Assembly: GCA_028023455.1 (NCBI GenBank)
Contig: JAQFVV010000001.1
Location: 17,484,001-17,548,000, forward strand
DNA from: Epiperipatus broadwayi
Lineage: Eukaryota > Animalia > Onychophora
DNA length: 64,000 bases
Direction of reading: 5' to 3'
In this document: positions 12,941 through 21,988 of the stretch, one piece after another
Layout: every line of letters starts with the position of its first letter
Position numbering within the stretch: position 1 is the first letter of the stretch
Position numbers and translations under genes: made by a program
The notes under the pieces: model-generated
Databases searched by the model: none
Seen by the model: the letters and a program-made list of their open reading frames with translations, nothing else
Told to the model about the DNA's origin: nothing

Positions 12941-14632
12941 TGTAAAGAGAATTACCTTTTCGACCGTTTGTAAATGTTTAATTTACATTTTTTTTTTTTT
13001 ACAATCGAGATGACTGTCACGTCAAGCAAAGAAGCAAATATAGACTCATTAATTAAGTCTATATTCCTGATTAAATACTGAGATTACCAATGGAATTTTT
13101 CAGTATTATCTTTCCCAATCAGATCGCTTCTTCGGCTGCTGGATATTCATTCATAAGAATGATTTGTTTAAAATAATCCAGTGCTTGAAATATTTATAAT
13201 TTTTTTCAAGATTTAATATTACTGTACTATATCGACATGTGTACTTTTACTATAATAAATGTCTACTTAGTATTTTATAAACCCTATGAGTATATTATTA
13301 TAATTAGTATGGTGAAGAAGGAAAGATGAGATGTAAAGAGCTATTTATAAATAAATATTGTTTAATATAACCTTTCACCTAAAATAATAATTCTTTAATA
13401 TTAAACATTTATCTGTAGATCTTTTATAGTTCATAGTCTTTTCTTACGTATTCTTTGGTACAGAAAACTACTAATTATTTTCATTCAGATTCACATTTGC
13501 AATTGCATTTTTAAATTAATGTGGCCATTTACGAAAGTGTGTGCACGCGTGTTATATTAAAATTACTTTACCTAGGTTTTCTGGACATTGACGAGGGAAT
13601 TATTATCCACCCTGTGGATTACTCCACTTCTTTTGTAGAGATGGAATTCTTGGGATCTGGCTGGATTCTTTCTTGCAGCTTACTTAGATCGTATTCTTGA
13701 GGCTTTCAGGACAGGGAAGGTGAACCATCAGGCAGGTGCTATCTCTACTATTACTGCATGGGGAAGATGACTTTACACCCAAGGCAAGCGTGGATTAACT
13801 GGCATCCGTTTGTGGCCCCTTAGCCCTGCATTTTCAGTGTTTCAACTTCTTGGTACATTTTTGTTCACAGCTCTCAAACTCTGTCTGTCAGCTCAGTAGA
13901 CTCAAAAACCACTAAAACATGGCTACTTCTTTTACAATTTTTCTTACTTAATTGTCCCACAATCCTTTACTTATCTTCTTGATTGTTTTTGGAATGTCAT
14001 TAATTACATTTCACACATTTATTTTACTTTCATTAAATACACTTGTTTTTTATTTATTTATCTTTTTTTAATTTTATTTACTTCCATTTCTTTTTAATAA
14101 ATAATTTTCTTATTTACACACTCTTTACTTTACACATCTATACATATATATTTCATGCATTCACATGTGTATTTTGAAGAGATGATCTTTATCTTTTTTT
14201 TGTAAATCTATTTATTTTTATTTATAATTGCGACAGAAATTTTATGATTGCTAATTCTACAATCATTAACCCTTTTTATTTTACTTTTCTCTTTAAGATT
14301 TAATCATCAACTTCGATGATCTTATTTTACTATTTCTTAAACTTTACTAATTTTAAATTTAAAAAAGTTAACATTGGAAGGTGGAAGATAAGGATCTTGG
14401 TTGCTTACCTTCCTTCACTTTCTTTAATTACCATAATTGGTTTTTTTTCATTAATTGCATTCCTCACTGCCATTTTGATTTTTTAATTAAAACTTAATTT
14501 AAAATAAATTTATTTCATTTTTCTAATTTTATTATCCACTTTCTATAACTTAGTTTACATAAAACTTACATTTAATATTATACTATATATTAAATGTACA
14601 CATGTGTGATCGCAGTTTGTGTGATCATCACA
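12941..14632 (-). repeat. 5' LTR of inner element
   Basis: Direct repeat of 8119-9815; adjacent to the PBS. Confidence 0.92.
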
Positions 14633-14647
14633 ATATATATATATATA

Positions 14648-14913
14648 AGTGCAATAAACCAAGGTCTCATTAAATTCAAATTATTGTGAATCTTATGCTC
14701 TAAGGCTCGACTCTGGAATGATGAAAGTGAAGGAGTGCAATGTGATTATTGAGAAATGTTATTGATTAGGTTTTTAACCTAGGGATATAGGTATATAGGG
14801 CAGAATCTATGATATATGTACCTGACTTATATATCTTGTACATGGTCGGACTCAAGGTACTTTACCTGTATTCCCGATCTTGTTGGATTAATATACATTT
14901 TTCAACCAGTACG
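14648..14913 (+). repeat. Outer element 3' LTR, right part
   Basis: Aligns to 1896-2155. Confidence 0.85.
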
Positions 14914-16541
14914 ATAGTGACTATCAAAATGGGCATAAACCCATCATGTTTGAACCATGTAATGCTTAAGAGAAATGGATAATTGAAAACACCTAATATC
15001 TAATCTTACATTACAACTTATTATATTCCATAACATAAACCGAGTTAACTATGATCAGAATTAACCTACTTTGATGCTTTATATATATATATATTGAAAC
15101 AGTAAGATTCACATTCGAATCTTAAGTTTCACCTTTTCTATCGTCTCTCACCCACCACTCTATCTTACCCAAATTTAAACTTTTTTGGTATGGAATTGTG
15201 TGTGTAGCAATATTAAAAACATATAAATATATGTAAAATCCACCATAAACACACACATGTTCCGATAACAAATTTAAAGCAATAGATAAAAACAATGTAA
15301 TTTGTATTTTTGTTTAGTATATAAAAATATATAATTTTAACCATTTATTTTAAATTATAAAGTTCGTTATTTATTGCTTTGTTTAAATTTCATTTAGTAA
15401 TAATTTTAAAAATAGATTGTAATATTTAATTAAAAGTAAAAATAATCCTCTGTTCCCTTTTGTATTTGAAATTTTAAAAGTAACAGTCGGTGAGAGATAA
15501 TAGATTAATTAAAAAGAAAAATTTCCTAAAATCTAATTACCAAAAATATAAATGTAAAATTAAATGTGAACAATAGTAAAGCAGCTTCTATAGAAATTAA
15601 ATGTATAAGAATGTATTGATTATTCTTAGGGCAAATGATTGAATCCAAAATAAAATATAACAAAAAGTAAAAAGATAAGATCAAGAAAGGAGGTCATTTT
15701 GAACTTTCTCAGAACTTTCAGTGGAACTTTAGCTTTGCTCTCGATCAGTTGAGAGTCTCCAAAGATATATATTGTTTTACGTGCCACAGTATGCATGAGT
15801 AGAAAGCACCAAAGACTGTTCTCCCCAGAGATGGTCGATTGTGTGCTGATAACCTACGCCCATGCTCTCCATAAAATCAACCAAAGAAGATCTGCTGCTC
15901 CAAACAATTAGAAAGTTGCTGCCACTATTCAAATAACTAAATCACCTAAATACTGGAAAGAACTGCTAATGCTAGAATCATGAACAATTTGCTACTGACC
16001 ACTGAATCAGAAAACTTCTCATAAAACAGGTACCTGTAATGCCCAAGCTCTAGAGTACTCTATTAATATCATGCTATAGCTCATTCTTTATATAACTTAT
16101 AAACTATAAACTGTAAAATTCTCATTTGTAAAACTATAAATTTAATTATTAATTCCTCCTGTAAATTTCTCTAATAATCTAGCTTGCCTAACTCTATCTT
16201 TCTTGGGTACGTATTTCTAAAATCTACATTTTATTATATAATTATAGCATGCTTATGATTTTCTAAGTATAAATCTATGATTGCTTGAAACAGTGAATGC
16301 ATGTCAAATCTTCATTAATATTTACCTCCATAAATTACTTGATATTTTCGTATAAATTGACATGCATTCAATGCTTAATTTATTGTAATGCAGAGGTCTA
16401 CTGCTTAGCAAATGGCTGATGTATTAGTTATAATACTCACCCAGTTTACATATTGTTTTATATTTTATTAAATTTTAATTAATAATTCCATAAAACACAT
16501 TTCTTTGAGAGTCACAAATGTTCTTTATTAAATGTTGATAA

Positions 16542-17599
16542 TGTAAGGCCGAGTTATAAAATATATTTAAATCTTAACAGAATCATCTGTACGTTATATA
16601 TGTGTTACATTTTAGAGATGCGGTGACCCATTACAAGCCGTGAATACTTCGGATTTTTTAGGATTGAAATTAATCCCAGTCACCCTACACAAGTGGACAT
16701 AATACATGCTCCTGTAAGGCTTGACAAAAGTCACGCAGCCAGCAGGCAATCGTGGCATGAACCACTTGCCCTTGGTTATGCTTATGTAATACCTTACCTC
16801 TTTGGACCTTCGGCAAATGCCAGCCCATCCTTATAAACTCATTCACAGCTTTGCAGTTTCAATATACTGCCACTTCCTATTGCCTTTCTAGATGTACCAT
16901 GTGTTTCTTTATTAACTTTATTATTCTATGTATAACTTTGTCCCTGTATTAGTGATATAATTCACTCTTAAATAAATGTTTGCCCCTAGTTATTAGTAAA
17001 TATCTTTAATTAAATAAATATATGTCCACCGCTACTATTATAAATCTTACTTTAGACTCTTGTATTGCAAAAGTATAAATCCCTAAAGGTATGCCCTAGA
17101 AATACTTGCTCGAGAATTTTAGGCAGCTAGATTACATCAGCTGTATAAATAAATGTATCTCTTTGATATCTAACAGTATCGGAAAATCCCATTACTAAAT
17201 TTTAAATCTTACCAAATATTATTAGTAAATGATTTATTATTAAAATGTTTCAATAAATAATGTCAAACTATACATCTGCCATTACTTCTTTATTTATTTA
17301 TTCGATACCCATTCAATATGTTTCCTCGATTCTGTAAATATAAATGCTTAAGATTAATGTTATTATTGGCTAACTCGAAATAAAATTCTTGATTCTCATG
17401 CATCTCCCTGATCACTGTGCCTAAAGAAATATTTACTAACGTGGCATCAGATGCATTGTTTCGTAGATTCTATTGTGGAACCGATAAATTATGTTTGAAC
17501 TCAGTACTACGGGTGGCTTTGCTACCTAGATGGTGCTGCCATTCTGTGTGGTGGTTGAATTGTGCACTATGTTAATGAATCACGTTTCTGACTGTTACA
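16542..17599. mobile_element. Possible solo LTR or unclassified repeat ending in GTTACA at a (TA)n tract
   Basis: TGTAAG...TGTTACA termini and higher GC than the flanks; no TSD confirmed; left boundary uncertain. Confidence 0.3.
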
Positions 17600-17713
17600 A
17601 TATATATATATATATATATAAACATTACAAGCATAAAGCTAAACTAGTCAATATAAAATCAAAACTACCCCAAATCTAAAATTAAACCAGACCAGAATAA
17701 AAATAATATTAAA

Positions 17714-17757
17714 ACACAACCTAAGGTTTCACTGCTACAAGCAGACTTCTCAAGTGT
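17714..17757 (-). ncRNA. Type I hammerhead ribozyme, U3-A8 core variant (PLE 3' UTR, left arm)
   Basis: Reverse complement of the 19831-19874 motif. Confidence 0.65.
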
Positions 17758-17794
17758 AAAGAAATAATAAAAAATACACAACTTATATATACTA

Positions 17795-18772
17795 CTAAAA
17801 ACTATGCACAAATCCATTCACTTCCCATCCACCCTTAATATTAAAAGAACTCTTAAATAAGTTAATTGCTTCAGAATCATAAATTTTCAATAATAAAGAC
17901 TCTTTAATTCTTCTTTTGATTTCATTTCTCTCAAAGAAGACAACCTTAGCTTCATCAAAATCAATAGTGTGGCCTGTATCTTTTTCATGGACATACAAAG
18001 CAGAACTAAGATATCTATTTTTAACTCTACTTTTATGAACCTTTACTCTTTCATTTAAACTCAAAGTACTCTGACCTATGTAAACCTTCTTACAAAATAA
18101 ACAAGGAATAAAATATACCACACCAGGAATAGTCTTTCTATCAAAAACTTCCTTTGTATTATTCAATAAATTATTCAATGTAACACCCCTTTTCCAAGCA
18201 ATTTTCTTATTTCCAAACAATTTACTATTTCTACACACAATTTTATAAGAAGACAATTTAAATGGCAAAGAAATAAAATCATATTTTTCTTTAACCTTTA
18301 CATCCTTACAAATATTACTATTAAATAAAATACTTTTAACAAATTTATCAGAGTATCCAACACTTAAATAATCTTTATAAAATTGATATTTCTGAAACAA
18401 AGCTACCCCCCTAGAATTATTTAATTTAATATTCCTATGACAATAATTCCTTAAAGCAGCTACTTTATGAGATACAGACTGATAGCTATCAGGTTTAATT
18501 ATAGATCTTAATTCTTTACTTTTAACTAAATGACTGCACAATAAACAATTAGTTTCTATATTTCTAATCACCAAAAGATCTAAAAATTTTAACTTACCAA
18601 AATCTAACCCCCCTCCTTCTAACACAAATTTTATAGAAGGATCAAAACAATTAAACACATTTACAAATTCCTTCAATTTACCATTCTCAACAACAAATAA
18701 ACAATCATCAACATATCTGACAAATAATTTTACATATAAACAATTCTTTTTAATAATAATTTCCTCTTCCAT
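17795..18772 (-). CDS. Penelope-like element ORF, C-terminal part (RT motifs 5-7/thumb plus GIY-YIG endonuclease)
   Basis: VRYVDDCLF, LKFLDLLV, FISLPF linker, GVVYFIPCLFCKKVYIGQS, SALYVH, RRIKESL; open for 325 aa; N-terminus truncated. Confidence 0.93.
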   Translation of the reverse strand: MEEEIIIKKNCLYVKLFVRYVDDCLFVVENGKLKEFVNVFNCFDPSIKFVLEGGGLDFGKLKFLDLLVIRNIETNCLLCSHLVKSKELRSIIKPDSYQSVSHKVAALRNYCHRNIKLNNSRGVALFQKYQFYKDYLSVGYSDKFVKSILFNSNICKDVKVKEKYDFISLPFKLSSYKIVCRNSKLFGNKKIAWKRGVTLNNLLNNTKEVFDRKTIPGVVYFIPCLFCKKVYIGQSTLSLNERVKVHKSRVKNRYLSSALYVHEKDTGHTIDFDEAKVVFFERNEIKRRIKESLLLKIYDSEAINLFKSSFNIKGGWEVNGFVHSF

Positions 18773-18815
18773 AAAACTAATATAAACTAATATATAATCA
18801 GTTTATATTAGTTTT

Positions 18816-19793
18816 ATGGAAGAGGAAATTATTATTAAAAAGAATTGTTTATATGTAAAATTATTTGTCAGATATGTTGATGATTGTTTATTTGTTGTTG
18901 AGAATGGTAAATTGAAGGAATTTGTAAATGAGTTTAATTGTTTTGATCCTTCTATAAAATTTGTGTTAGAAGGAGGGGGGTTAGATTTTGGTAAGTTAAA
19001 ATTTTTAGATCTTTTGGTGATTAGAAATATAGAAACTAATTGTTTATTGTGCAGTCATTTAGTTAAAAGTAAAGAATTAAGATCTATAATTAAACCTGAT
19101 AGCTATCAGTCTGTATCTCATAAAGTAGCTGCTTTAAGGAATTATTGTCATAGGAATATTAAATTAAATAATTCTAGGGGGGTAGCTTTGTTTCAGAAAT
19201 ATCAATTTTATAAAGATTATTTAAGTGTTGGATACTCTGATAAATTTGTTAAAAGTATTTTATTTAATAGTAATATTTGTAAGGATGTAAAGGTTAAAGA
19301 AAAATATGATTTTATTTCTTTGCCATTTAAATTGTCTTCTTATAAAATTGTGTGTAGAAATAGTAAATTGTTTGGAAATAAGAAAATTGCTTGGAAAAGG
19401 GGTGTTACATTGAATAATTTATTGAATAATACAAAGGAAGTTTTTGATAGAAAGACTATTCCTGGTGTGGTATATTTTATTCCTTGTTTATTTTGTAAGA
19501 AGGTTTACATAGGTCAGAGTAGTTTGAGTTTAAATGAAAGAGTAAAGGTTCATAAAAGTAGAGTTAAAAATAGATATCTTAGTTCTGCTTTGTATGTCCA
19601 TGAAAAAGATACAGGCCACACTATTGATTTTGATGAAGCTAAGGTTGTCTTCTTTGAGAGAAATGAAATCAAAAGAAGAATTAAAGAGTCTTTATTATTG
19701 AAAATTTATGATTCTGAAGCAATTAACTTATTTAAGAGTTCTTTTAATATTAAGGGTGGATGGGAAGTGAATGGATTTGTGCGTAGTTTTTAA
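18816..19793 (+). CDS. Penelope-like element ORF, C-terminal part (second arm)
   Basis: Same 325-aa protein with 3 amino-acid differences (V/E, T/S, H/R). Confidence 0.93.
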   Translation: MEEEIIIKKNCLYVKLFVRYVDDCLFVVENGKLKEFVNEFNCFDPSIKFVLEGGGLDFGKLKFLDLLVIRNIETNCLLCSHLVKSKELRSIIKPDSYQSVSHKVAALRNYCHRNIKLNNSRGVALFQKYQFYKDYLSVGYSDKFVKSILFNSNICKDVKVKEKYDFISLPFKLSSYKIVCRNSKLFGNKKIAWKRGVTLNNLLNNTKEVFDRKTIPGVVYFIPCLFCKKVYIGQSSLSLNERVKVHKSRVKNRYLSSALYVHEKDTGHTIDFDEAKVVFFERNEIKRRIKESLLLKIYDSEAINLFKSSFNIKGGWEVNGFVRSF

Positions 19794-19830
19794 TAGTATA
19801 TATAAGTTGTGTTTTTTTTATTATTTCTTT

Positions 19831-19874
19831 ACACTTGAGAAGTCTGCTTGTAGCAGTGAAACCTTAGGTTGTGT
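19831..19874 (+). ncRNA. Type I hammerhead ribozyme, U3-A8 core variant (PLE 3' UTR, right arm)
   Basis: ACAC-UUGAGAA-GU-CUGC(uugua)GCAG-U-GAAA-CC(uua)GG-U-U-GUGU: stem I acac/gtgt, stem II ctgc/gcag, stem III acc/ggt, NUH=GUU; starts ~38 nt after the stop codon. Confidence 0.65.
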
Positions 19875-20082
19875 TTTAATATTTTTTTTATTCTGGTCTG
19901 GTTTAATTTTAGATTTGGGGTAGTTTTGATTATATATATATATATAAACAAAAATGCAAGTTAAAAAACTTGCTAACGCTTGTATTTATGTCCACAGATG
20001 GCGTCCTACCAAAAACACCTATCAAGCGTATTTTCGTTTACATAAACGTCAGAGTAGTTAGTATTCACTATCTCTAACTATA

Positions 20083-20140
20083 ATTCCACTTTCAGATCAT
20101 GATTTCAAGCTATTTGCTATCGTCAGTGAAAGACAGGAAT
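20083..20140 (-). ncRNA. Type I hammerhead ribozyme (copy 1)
   Basis: Reverse complement of the 20421-20478 motif. Confidence 0.9.
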
Positions 20141-20420
20141 AAAGAAACTAGATCTAAATACAAACTCTGAGCATTTATGAAACAATTTCTATTCAGCTTG
20201 CAAGCGTGAATTTTTTAGACACGTAATGTCTTCAAACTCAGCATAGCAAACCAGATAGCTATATGGGTCTGATCTCAGTTCAGCATCACCACATAGTAGA
20301 AGCCTCTGCAATCTATATCATTGCAAGAAAGACATTACGTGTCTAAAAAATTCACGCTTGCAAGCTGAATAGAAATTGTTTCATAAACGCTCAGAGTTTG
20401 TATTTAGATCTAGTTTCTTT

Positions 20421-20478
20421 ATTCCTGTCTTTCACTGACGATAGCAAATAGCTTGAAATCATGATCTGAAAGTGGAAT
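20421..20478 (+). ncRNA. Type I hammerhead ribozyme (copy 2)
   Basis: auucc-ugu-cuuuca CUGACGA u-agc(aaaua)gcu-u GAAA ucauga U C ugaaag-u-ggaau: intact core, palindromic stem III, 6-bp stem I plus internal loop and 5 more bp; predicted cleavage after C20466. Confidence 0.92.
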
Positions 20479-20819
20479 TATAGTTAGAGATAGTGAATAC
20501 TAACTACTCTGACGTTTATGTAAACGAAAATACGCTTGATAGGTGTTTTTGGTAGGACGCCATCTGTGGACATAAATACAAGCGTTAGCAAGTTTTTTAA
20601 CTTGCATTTTTGTTTATCATAAATGTACCTTTGAGGTCTTTCTTGCAATGATATAGATTGCAGAGGCTTCTACTATGTGGTGATGCTGAACTGAGATCAG
20701 ACCCATATAGCTATCTGGTTTAGTTTGAAGACATTACGTGTCTAAAAAATTCACGCTTGCAAGCTGAATAGAAATTGTTTCATAAACGCTCAGAGTTTGT
20801 ATTTAGATCTAGTTTCTTT

Positions 20820-20877
20820 ATTCCTGTCTTTCACTGACGATAGCAAATAGCTTGAAATCATGATCTGAAAGTGGAAT
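20820..20877 (+). ncRNA. Type I hammerhead ribozyme (copy 3)
   Basis: Identical motif; predicted cleavage after C20865, 399 nt from copy 2. Confidence 0.92.
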
Positions 20878-21796
20878 TATAGTTAGAGATAGTGAATACT
20901 AACTACTCTGACGTTTATGTAAACGAAAATACACTTGATAGGTGTTTTTGGTAGGACGCCATCTGTGGACATATATATATATATATATATATTCTGACTG
21001 TTACAATATATATATATATATATATTAGTCAGAACTAAAGAATGTCAACAATTTTGTGAAACAGACTTGAAATAATATCAATAAATAATTCATGCATTGA
21101 TTTATGAAAATAAAATGCTGAAAAAATGAAACTTATTATATATTAATAGTGGTCTTTATAATTCAAAAAAGATTACTTACATAAATATTTGGAAAATCTT
21201 TAATATTCAACAGAGAATATCTTTTCTCCACTATTGTAAAAAGACATTGTGATGGAATAATTATGAATAGTATCTAATGCTTTAAAGGCTTAAAAGGTAG
21301 TTATTATAAAATTATATCTGTAAGCTATAATTTGGAATGGTTAAAATCTTATTACATTTGCTGCCTAATGTCAGGCATAATGCTAAGCATCATGAGATAT
21401 TATTTATTTACATTTTCTGACTTTTGTCTTTGTACCCTATCAGATATGACATTTCTGGCTCATTTAGTATAACATGGTGGCCTGATATATGACAGACCGA
21501 TTTATAATTACATATTTATCAATCTCCTGACTCAACATGAATTCAATCCAACCAATCTTTTTAAAACTTTTATTGAATTCAAAGGCCTAACTATGGATAA
21601 TAATCCTATAGAGATCCTTGAAACCAAAAAGGTAAAGATTTAACAGAATAATAAATGCATAAAAATTAGCACATATCCACTAAATTAAATGCAAAAATAA
21701 AAACTGGACAATAGTTAAACAGAATTACAGTAGGGCAGAATAACTAAATTAAAAACAAGTTATGATAATCTGAATAATAATGAGAGACAAAGTAAG

Positions 21797-21988
21797 CAAG
21801 ATAAGGAAATGGAAAATGAACTTGAATGTGAAAATAGAAGTAAAATCAATAAAAAGAAAACAGAAAATAATGTGATATAATCAAGATAAGGAAATGGAAA
21901 CTGAACTTGAATGTGAAAATAGAAGTAAAATCAATAAAAAGAAAACAGAAAATAATGTGATATAATCATAATAATGTGATATAATCAT
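21797..21988. repeat. Tandem duplication 2 x 85 bp plus a short terminal duplication
   Basis: caagataaggaaatggaaa...aataatgtgatataat at 21797 and 21882, one substitution seen. Confidence 0.9.

Larger units (their letters stand above)
8119..14632 (-). mobile_element. Non-autonomous LTR retroelement (inner): 1.7-kb LTRs, 3.1-kb internal region, gag-like remnant, no pol
   Basis: Direct repeats 8119-9815 and 12941-14632 (TGT...CATCACA, ~96-97% by eye); PBS and gag-like ORF on -; flanked by (TA)n. Confidence 0.92.
1..14913 (+). mobile_element. Degraded Ty3/Gypsy LTR retrotransposon (outer element); 5' LTR starts upstream of the window; both LTRs interrupted by nested insertions
   Basis: gag-PR-RT-RNaseH-IN order on + (3150-7243). 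1-123 matches ~7985-8105 and 1896-2155 matches 14648-14913 (~85-88% by eye), i.e. two LTR copies each split at a (TA)n tract. Confidence 0.88.
17621..19931. mobile_element. Fold-back (head-to-head) pair of 5'-truncated Penelope-like elements
   Basis: Arms 17657-18788 and 18800-19931 (1132 bp each, no net indel, about 6 substitutions seen), 11-nt spacer aatatataatc; (TA)n at both outer ends. Confidence 0.95.
19944..20972. mobile_element. Non-coding ~400-bp hammerhead-containing repeat (retrozyme / PLE pLTR-like): one inverted copy plus two tandem copies
   Basis: Minus copy 19944-20333; plus copies 20329-20635 and 20636-20972; inverted arms 19944-20232 / 20329-20617; no ORF; (TA)n at both ends. 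Confidence 0.9.

Noticed and set aside
21797-21988. Repeat array as CRISPR
   Set aside because: Contiguous 85-bp units with no spacers, eukaryotic context, no cas genes.
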